Of a stretch of 64,000 nucleotides of DNA, positions 48,518-62,267 are shown in pieces (the stretch's first letter is position 1; every line of letters starts with the position of its first letter). This DNA is from Marsupella aquatica. Its lineage: Eukaryota > Plantae > Marchantiophyta. The position numbers were made by a program, and so were the translations under genes. The DNA lies in assembly GCA_973895155.1 (NCBI GenBank), contig OZ316897.1, forward strand, positions 5,467,227 to 5,531,226. The letters are read 5' to 3'. A model generated the notes under the pieces. It did no database searches, was not told the DNA's origin, and saw only the letters and a program-made list of their open reading frames with translations.

Positions 48518-51500
48518 ATGGAGAATGCATCAAACACTCTAAGGCAAGGGGACGAGGTTGAAATGCTCATTGATGGGTGTTGTGTAGCCCTTGGAGTTAT
48601 TTTCAAGGTAAATCCAAAGGACCGATGTCACAACATATTACTTGGTGAGTCTCGGATCAGTGTGAAAATCACTGATGTTATTCATGGTAGTAAGGCTTTA
48701 CCTTACATACACAATGGGGCTGAAACAATTGAAGAGGCAAAAGACTCATGGGTTCTCTGGGACTTGGCCCATGTTCATAAAAAAGGTTGGAATGTTGATG
48801 AAGGTAGAAAGTCTTCCTCTAAGAAGCAAGGTGATGGCGACGTTTTTATTGAGGAGAGTTGTGTCTCACAGTCTCCATCAACAAAAACGACCAAAACTCA
48901 TTCTGATTATTACCAACGGTCCAACTGGATGTCAGGGTTGGTCGAATTATACATTGGTTCAGTACAATCGAGTAAGGTTGCCACTGGGACTATCACTGTG
49001 CCTCAAGCAACGGCGGCTGTTGATGATGAATCCTGGGAGAAGACTATGTAGGGGTTGCTGTGAAAGATGTCATGGAATCGCAATACTTTCCAAGCATTCA
49101 CAAGCGACTAATTAATTTGGTTCGATGGCGAATTGATCACACAAAACTAGTAGCAACTGGAAAATTTTTGTCAAACATTCTGGTGGAAGGTACAGAGAAT
49201 ATGGAGTCAATGGATAGGGATGATCTGAATCCGGATCATGTGGTTGGATCCGCATCCGGATGTCGTCAAAGGCCATATAACTTCAACAAGAGGAATCAAG
49301 TTGATCCTGTTGAGAAGAAAAGGAGGCTCTTGCAAACCAAGGCTGTGGAAAGGTAAAAAGGAGCTACAGAGTGAAAGTGATCCATTTTAAAACATTTTAA
49401 CCTTACTTGAAGCTTATTTAGGTTTATTCATCACCCCTTAATCCATTTTAAGCCTCAAAGGAATGTTATGGAAGAAAGCTAAGAAGTTTGAGTTTGGAAG
49501 GAAGAATCGCTTCGGACAAACAATCGCTTTCAAAGAAATCCGAAAGAAATCGCTCAGAACCGAAGCTGAAGAATCGCTTTGGAAGTTGGAAAATCGGTTT
49601 AGACTTTCAGCAGCAACTTTGACGGACGATTGCGGATCGGTCCGATGTTGGTTTGAGGAGATATTTGGTGCGTTGGAAAGCTCTTTCCAAGGGCTATAAG
49701 GAGAATTTCAGTTTGGTCCCAAAAGACCAACTTCAGAATAACCCAAACCGATTCTCCAAGGTTTTTCGGCATATGTTACTTAAATCGTTTTTTATCTCTT
49801 TTCTCACCTCTTGAACCTTTTCATGAGTTAGATAGAGTAGGATATAGAGGGACATAGTTTAGTGTACCTTTAGGAATTAGATATAGAGTCTTAGTCTTAG
49901 TTTACCTTTTAGGACCTTTAGTTTAGATGAGAAAAGTTTTTTAGGCTTCTAAACCTTTTGGCATCTTAAACCTTTTGAAGGAGCTTTACAAGTGGACTCC
50001 CAAGATCATGATTCATTGTCTTTTCTTCAACATTGATTTTTGACCAAGTGTGGGTCTTTTTCTCATGCCAAATTGGGCTTAGGAGAAAGAATTTAATGGA
50101 GAAGACTTGTACCACTTACATTAATTGAATTTCAAACATTTCATGAATCAAACTTAAGTATTCAAGTTTTGATGTTTGAATTAGTTGTAGGAAATAGATT
50201 TGAATGGATAACTAAGGTGTGCCTTTGAAATCTAGTTGAAATGGGAATTGTACCAACCTTCATGACGTAAAACCGATCACTACTAAGTGTATAAGGAAGT
50301 TAGAAGGAAGAGAAAACCTTTCAATCTATTGAGAAGAAGCCAAACCTAAGGAATTTTATTTCAGCACTTGTGACATACTAATCGTTTCAGTATTATATAA
50401 GGAAAATAGCAAAGAAATCGCTTGAAGATTTCAAACATCACAAAACCTTGGTAAATCGCTTTGTTTATTCTTTACGGGACCGAATCTTGGTATTTAAGGA
50501 TAAAAGTATATACATTTGTATGATTCCACTTACCACATATTCTTTTTGGCGCCGCTGCCGGGGAATAAATCAAAAGCGATTTATGAAGGAGGCCAAGAGA
50601 ATTGGCCAAAATAAAGATTGAAGAAAGAAAAAACAAAAACAGAACAACAAAGAATTGTTTTGGACGATAAATCGGCTGAGTGAATTAGCCAAAACAGAGA
50701 TCAAAGGAAAACAGAGCCCAAGCATTTGGATTGGGCATACAATTGCTTTCAATAAGGAGAGATCAATTTGGCAAGGGCACAATCTGATTGGAAAATCCAA
50801 TTTGAAGGAGAAGAGGACTCATTGTTTGAGGGAATCTGATCAATTCCCCTCGAGTAATTGACCTTGTGAGTATGGAGGACTCACCACAGTTTGGCTCACC
50901 CTTGACATTTACGGTTATTCATTTCTCAATCAATAATGCCCCCTCTGCCTTAGTCAGATCAATGAGAGAAAAGATGGAAAGGGAGATGGAGAAGCAAGAA
51001 ATTGAGAGGAAGACCAATGTACCAGTTGGTCCAGTCTGTTGGTCAAGTCAATTAAGAGTATTCGATGGCGGATGAACTGGACTATATTTTAATGTTAGAA
51101 TAAGAATAGTTAGAATTTTTTGAATTTTTTTTTGAGTTCACCAATGTAGGCTCAGTAGGTCTAGAATATGAAAAGCTCAAATTATTTAAGAGGAAAGGAA
51201 CTCTCTCAAAAAGAGGGAAAACTTAACGATTTAAGAGGCTTAAGGGCCAGAATTCAAACTGAGGACGGATTGCTGAGGTGGCAAATTGTTCACTCATTGA
51301 AGATCAACCTTCTGGTGATGAATCAATGGATATAGAGGATGAAGAACCAATTGAGATGATGAAGCTACGAATCGGGAGACTAACAACTCTGCTTGTTTTA
51401 TGGAAAGAAAGTTGCATGGAGTGGTGGACAATTTTTGTAGAGCTAATGCTTTAAACACTAGCCTGATTGAGGAGCTCATGTAGAATTTTTATTGTTCAAA

Positions 51501-54500
51501 AGAAGACCTCCTCAATGAGATAGAATCAATGAAGACTAAACAAGTTGATGTAGAGCAAGTCAAGATGAACACGGAGACGGAAAAGAAAAAGCTTGAGAAA
51601 AAGCTCAGAGAAGCGATTCAGAGCTCGGTGCTGCCTACCATTCAACAATCGCTTGAGACTTTGACTCAAGCAGTGGATCAAATTTCGCTTTCAGCAGAAG
51701 ATCGTCTTCAACTAGCTGCCTTGACCTTTGAAGGATGGGCCAGTGAGGAGAAAAGTTTGAGTCGGATTGCTATTGCCATCACAAATCAGAAAGCGCTCCC
51801 ATCTAGACACCCTGAGCCAGCACCGGTTTCTCTCAAGAAGCTTAAACGCTCATTTCACTTGCTCCAATTCCGAAAGCTCAAGAAGGGATTCCCTCAGCCT
51901 TTGTAGGAAGTCTATGCTCACACTTGACTTTCTTTTGCTCCTCTTTGTATTGTTTCTTCTATGAGTGGCACTACTCTATTTTGGGCTCCTACATACTCAA
52001 GAAACCTTTTGGGGGTTTGTTTTTAGTAAAATTTTCTTTCCGGATTCCCTTCAGCCTTACTTTATCAATTTCTATCTCACCTGAATCTTTTAACCTTTTA
52101 CCTTGTTAAAGTTTACTTTTGCAACAGATCAACTTTATTTTCTTCTTTGTTCCAAGTTCTTACTGAACATTTACCTTGCAAAGTTTTTATTTTCAGAAGA
52201 GACAAAGAATCAGTTCATTCAAAATTACCTAAAAGCGATTCTTTCATCCAAAATATCAAGTATTATATTAATCGTTTTTCCTGTCCCCCTGCTTTTTGTT
52301 CAATGTGATCCAATTTGCTTTGAGATTATCCTTTGGAAGTAATCCCTTTTCTGTTCCCAACCACAAACATCAATTGCTTTACTGACACCAGTTTAAAAGC
52401 AATTTATTTTCTTTTTGCGAGCTTCACTTCATCTTAACCATTTCTCCTTCCAGCCCATACCTCCAGTGAACTTCCATTTTTCCCTTCACATCTTTTCCAG
52501 TGGATCCCCAAACGTTCTTATACTTTGAATTGTTTTTCTTCCCTTCTGTCCGTTTCATTCGTACTTTTAAAAGCAAAAAGTTGATATCCAGCCTAACTTT
52601 ATTTTGATTCCTTTCTTGGGTGAAGTCCTTTTACCTCCAAACCTTCCTTCTACTTGTCTCCATGTCTGGCCATAGAACTCCTGGTTCTATAAGGATTGCT
52701 GCTTTGAGAAGAGCTTTTCTTCAAGCTCAGACCTTGAGTTTGAGAGGAAGGAATGGCTTGCATTGGATTGCCATTACTTGGTGGGAAGATGTTACCCTGC
52801 ATATTATCCATTTTTCTCTCAATAGGACCATCAATAACATTGAGCATTTGGTACTGGACATTTATGCTTTGGCCAATCCTCCAACAAGAAGAAGACGCCA
52901 CCCTAGAAGATCATGATGCTGGAGGAGACCATGACCCGGTACATCCGAAGAAGAGAATTTTCCACGACTCAAGTGTTCGCGAGGTCAGTTTCAAAAACAA
53001 CAAAAGCCGCAATTGATGAGATCAAAAGAGTAAATTGCTGCAAGCATAAATGTTGTCTCATTATGCCAAGGGAAGATATAGAAGATGTTAGGATGGAATT
53101 TCACGGGATGTCTAGCGAGTCGAAAACATCACACATTTTCAACCTCTTCCACTACAGAGAGGATGATGTTCGTGATAAAGGACACCATGTTCTCAAAGGT
53201 ATGGTCATCTGTAAAGATGCATTTGCAACCATCCATGGTTTTAGTCACACCAAGTATTATGATTACAAGAGAAGATACATGGAGGGTTGCAAAATTGGGT
53301 TCCATGGGAACACAGGCTTGAAGAAAACAAGGTCAAATACCTTGCATGCGCAAGCTCTTCTAGAGGCATTTTTGACTCAAAATGCAGAGCCAATGCCTCA
53401 TATGCCTTATGGAGGGGCTCATGGGACAGACAACATTGAGTATTGACTTCTAGCGTGTTACAAAAAGTTAGAGATTTTGGAAGATGTGAGAACAAAGATG
53501 AAGGAAGAAGGGCTTCCTCCTGTTACAAATAACACTCTCTACAAGATATGGAGCACATCATTTGCAAACTTCAGTTTTCACAAGGATGGCGCATTTGCCA
53601 AGTGTACGCTTTGTTGTGAATACAAAGACAGTTTGATGCAAGAGAGAAGGAAAAAAGAATGTGCTGAAATTGAAGAAAAAAGAGCTCAACATCTTCTTGA
53701 GCAAATGTCACGTAGATATGTTTATTACGCTCGTCGAGTGATGGCCAAGCAACATCCAGGAGAATATCTTTGCATTATTCACGACAAGATGGATCAAGCA
53801 AAGACATGGATTCCAAAAATGGTTAGTACTCCTAAATCACTTTCGGGTCATGGAATGCCGCTACCTATCGCTCTTACGGGGATGTTGACCCACGGGAGAG
53901 ATCCAGGAGTATATGCACACTTTAATGTCACTGGCCTTTGGCCAGGAGATGCAGATTTCACGGTGACATCCTTGGCTAAGTGTCTTCGAGATCTTGAAGA
54001 GTACAATGGAGACAAGACAGGTGACATGCTTAATGGCTTGCATTGGGAACCTCACAGACCTTTCTTTCAAGCCTTACTTGACTTTGATGCATTTTTGTTA
54101 GGATATTTGGAACCAAAGAATATTCAAGTAAATAGGTATATTGGTTCTGAAGATGGAGCTGCCGACAGTCAGACTGAGACCATCCCAACCCGACAGGATG
54201 AGGATGATGGAGGGGACGTGGGTGGCAAGAAGGGCAGTCCGTTGTTCATGCCCTTGCCAAGGCACCTAACATTGCAAATGGATAATTCAGCAAAGGACAA
54301 CAAAAACCAAACGGTCATGGCATTTTGCTCGGAGCTTGTGAGTAGAGGAGTATTTGAAACTGTTCATATGTCCTTTCTAATGGTTGGTCATACGCACGAA
54401 GATGTTGATGCACTGTTTTCCAAGGTATCATATCAAGTTCAGCACAAGGAAGTTGCAACCCTTCTTGCACTAATGGCAGAGGTTTGGGAATGTGAGAGCA

Positions 54501-55606
54501 TTCATCCAGTTCCAAGATTGATACAAGAAGTTGCATCTTACAAAGAATATCTTCAAAGTTTTAAGGTCAAAGATATTCAAGGTCACTCAAAACCGATATC
54601 ATTTCTTTTCTCTATGAGAGATAATGTACCAATATTTCAGTATAAGTCCCATGTTAAGCAAGCTTGGGCTCCCGTTGGCAGAAGGTGCATTTGGGCAACT
54701 AATCCAATAACAAATTCTCTTCTTTTACCCAGTGGACAACCCTTAGCTAAATCCATAGGAGAGATACACAAAAAATCAGAAGAAATAATCCCATTTCTTA
54801 ACAAGTACCTTGATTTTTTGAGAAGGAGTTGCATTCATGAGATGTCAATAGCATACAAGGAAAGATTTCCTCTTGTTAAATATTGGGAAAGAATTGTGGA
54901 GCTGTTGTCAAATGGGCTTGCAATGGAAGGGGAGGGAAATAATCAATTTCCATTGGAAAATGGATTTTGGCCTAAGACTAACCACGGCACTGGTTACAAG
55001 GTCAACCAATCGGCATGCGAACAAAGTGGTCCTCTAAGTGAAGATGAGGAGAATGCAGAGATGACAGCTCTTCAAAATGAAGTCTTGGAAGAGATGGAAG
55101 ATCAAGCGGCACCATTTGTTGGATCTCGAGCTAAGAGAGAACAAGGACGGTGGATTCCCCTCCAGGATATTTGTGAAGGAAACTTTGTGTTTCTTCGACC
55201 CGAGGATGATTGGGAGAAGAAAAATGGTGGAGGTCATTTCTGGTTGGTGAGAGCTTTGGGTCAGGTGGACCCTAAGCATGAAGTCCCAATTGTATCTTCA
55301 AGAGACCCTCCTTTGACTCAACAATATGCTCCAATGTTCCCCATGGAATGGTGGAGGCCTAAACACTCTAAACTTGATGTGAGTGAGAGTGCTAGGTATC
55401 TCAATTGTTTCATGTCCACCAAGACATGGGAACGAGATCCAGGATTTGGTGAGAACACTCAACATTGGCAATATGCAAATTCTGCAATGTATGGTTTTAA
55501 ATCTAGAATGAAGGAAGAAAACATGGTTGGCAGAGGTTTGAAGATTCCTCGAAATGTTCTACAAACTGTCCAAAGTTATCTCCAAAGGATGGACAAGTAC
55601 ACTTAG
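48518..55606 (+). pseudogene. Sola1-like DDD transposase with N-terminal Tnp1/En-Spm-like barrels
   Basis: CTLC..H, IIHDKMDQ, LQMDNSAKDNKN, FLMVGHTHEDVDALFS. Frameshift ~49030, LTR insertion 49344-~52975, TGA at 53444. ORFs 52913 and 53477 are in the same frame. Confidence 0.7.
49344..52975 (+). mobile_element. Truncated Athila-like Gypsy element: LTR 49344-50537, PBS 50547-50564, degraded internal region
   Basis: TGTGG...CCACA ends, followed by TGGCGCCGCTGCCGGGGA (Athila-type tRNA-Asp PBS). No 3' LTR or TSD found; right boundary approximate. Confidence 0.7.
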
Positions 55607-55829
55607 TTGTCACTAGCTAAGGTATATTAATCAGATAGTTACTAGTTTTTATGTAAGAGTTATATATATTGTGAGACCATGCCATTGAGTGTTTAGTTAC
55701 TTAGTAGACTATCTACTCATTTTCTAAACTTTTGATTATTATGAATATGAATGTTTATTTTTTCTGCATAATTAAAAATATTTTTTATTAATTTCTTTAT
55801 TTTAAATGATTACAATAAAATTTTTCAAG

Positions 55830-56155
55830 AAAATGTACACTTTTTAGGCCAAATATATTCTTTGTTGCACTCAAAGCTACACTTTCTAGACTAAATGCAC
55901 TGAAATGTACACTTTTTAAGCCAAATGTATCCATTTTCACTCAAATGTACACTTTCTAGGCCAAATGTACTAAAATGTACACTTTTTAAGCTAAATGTAC
56001 ATATTTTGATGTTCAAATGTACACTTTTCATTGCCCAAATATACACTCTTTAGACCAATTGTACACTTTTTTATCCCCAAATGTACACTTTTCCAAGCCC
56101 AAAAGTACACTTTTCATTGCCCAAATATACATAAATCAAATAATAATACACTTTT
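55830..56155. repeat. Subterminal AAATGTACACTTT repeats
   Basis: More than 10 dispersed, variable copies with a TGTACA core near the element end. Confidence 0.8.
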
Positions 56156-56169
56156 AATGAATAGGCTGA

Positions 56170-56420
56170 TGGTTGAGGAAGGGAGAGGAACCCTCTTGGT
56201 TCTACTTTGCAACAGTGAAGGCAAAGCGTGAATGCGAGGCGATGAAGAGCTTGCTACTGGATGGGGGGAGGGATTGATAATGAAAGAGAATCGGGATTGA
56301 TAATGAAAGAGGTCGAACAAACTTGCCTAGAACTGTACGCCCCGATAGCTCCCACAAATCAAGAGAGGAGGGACATTCTAAAGGAACAAAGCAAACTGCT
56401 AGAGCATACTCGGGCTACCG
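56170..56420 (+). pseudogene. Short L1 ORF2 linker fragment
   Basis: Translates as WLRKGEEPSWFYFATVKAKR.., typical of the L1 EN-RT linker. Confidence 0.5.
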
Positions 56421-56886
56421 CATTGCATCCATGTCCTGGAAAATATCTTGCACCATTTGCTGAACATTGATCCCTTTGTTTGTAGTTTTTTGAAGGACTT
56501 CGGACCCACCCAGTTGAGTCAAAACATTTGCCAACCCATCAATGAAGAACTGGTCCCGCCTTGCACTATTTGCATTCTCAAAGTCAACCCTCCATTCCTC
56601 ATCAGAAGAATCAGCCTCATTTGGATCGTTTGTAACACGCCAATGAGGGTGTCTTGTTGTCGGGGTGGAGCACAGGGAAGCAACAAACCCAAGTCAGGAT
56701 TACGCATTCGGACCAGTCTTCTCCCTTGATGAGTGTCGTGTTTGGCTCAGGGTGAGCGAATAAACCTTTGTAACTACTTAACAATCCTCTTACGAGGGAA
56801 CCCTCCTATAGCCCTGGGTTACTAGGCTTCGCACCAATATGAACTGAACACCACTATTATCTCTTACTACTCTTGTACTACTACTA

Positions 56887-57747
56887 CTAGACCCAGCGGC
56901 GAGTCCAATGCTGTCGTCGGAGCTCATTCCGCTGTCTCAAGCGTTGTTCCTCCCGTTCCCCCGACGTCTTACCCGCGACTACCCACCAATTGTGGTATTC
57001 TTTGTAAGTGTTAGGACCCCATTTGTCCTCAAGCTTGATTTTGTCATCCACGGTGTCAGGATTGGGTTGGTATACCATGAGGTACGCCCGAGTTGGCGCT
57101 GGTGGTCCTCTGTATCTAATTATGGGGTCCTCCCCCTTCAAGAACTCGACGCTTATTAACAAATTGTACATCCGCATGGTTGCTGGCCCCGCCCGGCTAA
57201 ACAACTTCCACATAATCATCCCTTTACACTTCATCTCGCCATTAAGATCCACGTTGACTTTGCCTGCTTGTCCGGATTGATCCACTACCTCAATTAAAGA
57301 ACGCGCAAAATAGTACCACCAGAAGTAGCGGGGGTCCGCAAGCAAACGCCCGAAAGGATATCGATTCGTAAGGGCATTTATCCACCGCTGGAGTTGAGCC
57401 AAAAGACTTAATGGTGGGTTGGCCTCGTGCTGGGGCAGTAGCATCCTAACCCGGGGATCATGCTGCCATATTGAATGATATACAGCTATAGGGTTGGTCT
57501 CGATGTGTAAACCAAACCCATCGTCGTCTACAAGCTCCCGGAAGAATTGGTGTGGTGTCCAGAAGATTACAGGTCCGAAGTAATTTTCTAATCTATAATT
57601 AAGTATACTTGCCTCTAACCATCTAATTACATTCTCCGTAGGGGTCACCCTTTCCCAAAAGGATGTCTTCTCCCAAACACCCAGACTCAAATCAACTGGA
57701 TTGAAGGGAAGCTTGTCGGTTTGGATAGTGTCTCCCACACAAGCCAC
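56887..57747 (-). CDS. Unknown 286-aa Trp/Tyr-rich ORF (with upstream broken ORFs to ~58740)
   Basis: Long ORF with globular-like composition. Same-strand ORFs at 58076-58399 and 58332-58550 may belong to the same gene. No family recognised. Confidence 0.4.
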   Translation of the reverse strand: MACVGDTIQTDKLPFNPVDLSLGVWEKTSFWERVTPTENVIRWLEASILNYRLENYFGPVIFWTPHQFFRELVDDDGFGLHIETNPIAVYHSIWQHDPRVRMLLPQHEANPPLSLLAQLQRWINALTNRYPFGRLLADPRYFWWYYFARSLIEVVDQSGQAGKVNVDLNGEMKCKGMIMWKLFSRAGPATMRMYNLLISVEFLKGEDPIIRYRGPPAPTRAYLMVYQPNPDTVDDKIKLEDKWGPNTYKEYHNWWVVAGKTSGEREEQRLRQRNELRRQHWTRRWV

Positions 57748-58899
57748 TGCAGCTGGATCTCTACCTTAATGAATAAAAATGAGTCATGGCAATATGACTA
57801 AATTGGGGTAGGACAGGGAGGTCTACACAGCTCATCCACTCATTGGTTACTATAAGATGGGAGGTGTAGTAAGGATTGAAAATCACACTCGTCCCATTTC
57901 TCTCTGCATTGTGCCATCCGGCTGTCTCGAGAAAGGTAACTAGGCGGGGCAGAGTATACTTCCCACAATTGGTGTGGATTTCTCTCGCCGCCTAGGACTT
58001 CATCACTACTTCTACTAAATCAAAAACTTTCCTATGTACTGCTAAACTATAGAACCAATGGAGTTTCCATGCCAATCAGTTGGGATGCATAGTGTTTGCA
58101 TCTGCCATGAGGGCCATATAATGAGGATGGTCAGCGTGCTCTTGCTCCAGTTCAAACAACAAGATTTGCGTGACTCTGCTATTGGCCCTTGCTCCCAATC
58201 TAAAATATAAGTCTGTGGGTTGGGTGGACCCAATGGCTCTCGACCATTCAAAGAATGGAAGCATAAATCTGATCCGGACCGGGATGTTGTACCAAATCCG
58301 GTCGTAGTCGTCCGAACAAATGGCCCTCTTGTTAATCCCCGCCGCGGCCAAATACACAGAGAGTTTCCAACCCCATAGCTTCATCAACTTCAATAGCATT
58401 TTGAGATGCTATCTTTTGCCCCATGAATAGTTTCCACGAGTTTACACTGGTGATCTTGAGTTGTTCTAGCCTCCTCTTGTGCACCGAATTTGCCAGTGCA
58501 TCTTTCAATAACTTAGCTGCCGTGGCAGCCTCATGCCGCAGGCTCTGCACTTCTAGGTCCTAGGCTTTGTAACTGTTTGTCAAAATCCAGACCACCTTAC
58601 TGCATTGTTGGACGAGCTCCTTACTTGCTACTTCCTGTAGCCATCTCTTCCTCTCCTTTTCTCTTCTTTCTCCTTCTTCTTTCAATGTAGCAAGGTATGC
58701 CTGCTTCTCCTCTAATTGTCCTTGTAGCTCATGATTGGCTCGCCTTACTTCTTGGAGCCGGCAAGGGAACAGTTTGTTGAGAACCAGGGAGAAATTAAGT
58801 CAACCAACTCGGCTAGTACTGCCGAGATTCCAGTCTATGGAGGTATGAGACTGGAAAGGCTGGAAGCTGAGCTGGACCTCAATTTGAAGAAGTAGATTA

Positions 58900-59273
58900 A
58901 TATGATCCAAGCATGGCAATACCGGAAGCTTGACTTAGGAGAAGGAAGGGAACTGAACTTAGGGAGAGACCTAACACCTGAGCTCGAGAAGGAGATCAGT
59001 GAATTACTAATTGAATTTTAGGATGTGTTCGCATGGAGTCACCAAGATCTGAAGGGAGTAGACCCAAAACTAGGAGAACACCGAATCGATCTCATGTTAG
59101 GGGCCAAATCATTTTGACAACCGATTTGACGGATGAACCCTAAGTATTCCCTGATGGTAAAAACTGAAATCGACAAGCTAGTAGAAGCCGGAATTATCAC
59201 TCCAGTCCTACACTCAGACTGGGTGTCTCCAATTGTGATAGTTCCCAAGAAAGCTGGACCCGATGGTAAACCA
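58900..59273 (+). pseudogene. Gypsy reverse transcriptase N-terminal fragment
   Basis: DVFAWSHQDLKGVDPKLGEHRIDL..EIDKLVEAGII..SDWVSPIVIVPKK with stops. Cut by the LINE tail. Confidence 0.8.
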
Positions 59274-62267
59274 AATGGTAATGGTAATGGTAATGGTAAT
59301 GTATTATAAGTTCCGGGACCATGAAAGTCAAAGGAGCTGCCACAAAAAGTAAAGTACAATGCAATCAAAGAAAAGAGCAACCAAAAGAGATTGCTCAGAA
59401 GAGGACAACTATGTCCTCAAAGAAACTATGGACCTAGAGAGCCCTGAAAGATTTTCCAAACCTATTCTCCTTTCCCTATCCACCGCAAAGATATATCTTC
59501 CAAGTTGCTGAGGGGGCAGACCAAACAATGCATACAAATCTTTCACCAAGATTTGAGATGCCATCCTAACCCCCTCATAAAACTTGCAAGCAATGAATAT
59601 ATGATATTCATTCTCTATACTAGAGCTATCACATAGTTGACAAACCCTCTTTTTCCTGTCAATATCCTTCCATCTCCCTTGTTCTACTTCAAGGTGGTGT
59701 GAGCTTAGTCTATACTGAGCAATAAGTTGTCTAAGTTGTACTGAGATAGTGCTAGATAAGTATTCTTGTTCTCGATATTTCTTCATGGGGTTCACATCTC
59801 TCATGTAATATTGTTGCCGTGGGCTAGGTTCATGCCAAAGTTTGTGCAAAGCCTTTTGCTCAAGTTTTGCTCGTAGCTTGGTTGGGTGTGTTGGCCATTC
59901 ATGTTCAGGAAAATCCCAAGCATGGGCCCACCTGCACACATCTGCATACCACCCTTTAGCTGAAGATGAGCGCAAGGCATGAAAAGGAAATCTGTTTTCC
60001 TCCAACTCTCTTACACGCATGATGTATTTGAGTGTGTGGAAGAGTGCCTCCACCTCCAAAGGAAACAAGCCTGCCTCTGCAAGTGTAAGTGCATATGGGG
60101 TTTGTGACTTGATCCCAAGCTCCATCTCAAGAAATAGCTTTTGCAGCCCCTCAATCTGTTGCCACCCAGATTTAGACACACCTGCTCCCCAAATTGGTGC
60201 TCCATAAAGAATGACTGGTTTCACCAAAGCTCCAAAGAGATGTTTCCTTAACCTCCAAGTGTGTAGACCAGCTCTTTTGCATTTGTTCATGAATGCATAA
60301 AAAGCTCTGTACCCATTGGCAGCCCTAGATTTTACACATGAGGCCCAACTCAAGTTTTGAGAGAACTCCTCCCCAAGGTATTTGTAGGTCCTCACAAATT
60401 CCACCAGATTCCCTTGGAAGTAGAGCTCTGGATTTTGTCGTGTGCCAATGCCCAAACACTTGGTCTTCTTGAGGTTGACTACCATCCCTGTTGCTTGACA
60501 AAACTCCTCCAAGGCATTGAGATGTCTTTGCAAAGCTTCTTGAGCATGAGCAAGTAGGACCACATCATCTGCAAATATAAGAAGTTGGAGGACAAACCTA
60601 CCCAATTGAGTGCCAGCTCCACCATGCTCCTCCAAAATGTTGTGTAGCTGATCAATGAAGATGCCAAAGAGAGTTGGTGAGAGAGGACAACCTTGGATCA
60701 CCCCAAGAGTGCTCCAGATTTCTTCAGAGGTTTCCTTTGAAAGTTTGATGCGCACTGCTTGGTACAATTTAGAAACAGCCAACCTGAGCTCTTCAGGCAC
60801 TTCCAACTCCACCATCCTATCCCAAAGCTTGGATCGGGAAACTTTGTCAAAGGCCTTGGAGAAGTCCACAAACAAGCAAAATAATGGTTTATGTGGAGAT
60901 TTGGCCTTTTCACACAACACCCTCAAGCAGAGAATGTGATCCATAGTGCTGAATTCTCTCCTAAAACCTGCTTGTGAAGGTGCCCTTTTCATCTCACTCT
61001 CCAACCAAGAGCTTAATCTGGCTTCAAGTAGTCCTCCCAAAACTTTAGCAAAAGTATTGCCTACCATGATGGTTCTGTAGTTGTGCACATCGTCCTTGTT
61101 GCCTGCCTTGAAGATAGGCACCACTCTTCTGGTCATCCAAGCTTTAGGTAAACCTAAAGCCATTGCTTGATTCAGCTCATGCACCAAGTTTGTTAGTAAA
61201 GAGGGTCCTCCCCACAAAAGAAGCTCCAAGTTCAGGCCCAACAGATCTTTAGCTTTCCCATGTTGCATGTGGGAAAGATGCACCTTCACCTCCCTCTCTG
61301 TAAACTGAATGGTGTCCCCAAGGGGCAAAGGCATGCCACTAGCATCTGGAAAGAAATACAAGGATGTGACATAGGTTACCAGGTCCTGGTGATCCAAGGG
61401 GGGAGTAGTCTTGCCTGATTGCATTCTCTCCCAAAAACGTTTTGGATGTTTGATGAACTCCTCACATAGTGATTGTTGATGACTCTTCAAGAAGCACCTC
61501 TTCTTGTGTTTGATGAAGTTCTTGTACATAGTGAATGCGAAAAGTCTCTTTTCCCCTGAATGTGATCTTGCTTGCATCCTTGCTCTAGCACAATCCTCGT
61601 CAAACCAAGCCTTCATGTTGTGCTTTCTAGGGGGTTTGGTGGAGAAAGTAGAGGCTGCTGCTTGTGCTATGACTTCTGAGAGCTCAATCTGATCATCCAG
61701 GGTATGGAGAAGATGTTCAAAGTTGGCTTTGAAGATGACTTCTCTATTAGGGTCTAGAAACAGAGGTTTGGGTACTGGCTTTCTATGCACTTTGTTTGGG
61801 ATTGTGGTCAGGTCAAGATGGAACAACAAAGGCAAGTGTGAAGACTCTGGTTGTTGATCAAGTATTTGAAAGTCAACCACTCTAGTGGCAGAGGTAGGTG
61901 AGGCAAGAAGGTAATCAATGGTACTACATCCTTGTTTAGATCTAAAAGTGTAACCAGATGATTGGGGAAATCTCTCAAGCCCATTCAATATTCTTAGATT
62001 ACAAGAAGCTCCCAAATGCAAAAAGTGACATGTCATGTCATTTGTTCTGGTGTCAAGAGCCTCTCTCACCCAAGGTATCTCTTCACTACATGATGACCAA
62101 GGTAAAGTTCCTAAGTCCTCACTTTCAGTAAATTGTTCATTAGATACCCTGGCATTAAAGTCCCCCACTATCCATGTCTCCCCTAGTGGTGATATATCAT
62201 GAATGACTTGGATTAACCTATGAAAGGGATAATGTGCATCAGCAATTCCCATCTTATAGACATTCAT
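59274..62267 (-). mobile_element. RTE-X-like LINE copy 2 (5'-truncated or interrupted within the endonuclease; remaining ORF2 59409-62267 open)
   Basis: Nearly identical to 14057-17047, including the (CATTAC)n tail. Confidence 0.9.

Larger units (their letters stand above)
48469..56168 (+). mobile_element. Sola-type DNA transposon (left end lost; right end approximate)
   Basis: Transposase gene followed by AT-rich 3' region and subterminal repeats. An L1 fragment begins immediately after ~56168. Confidence 0.6.

Noticed and set aside
56420-56740. Acidic minus-strand peptide, possibly a transposase tail
   Set aside because: Too short and degraded to assign.
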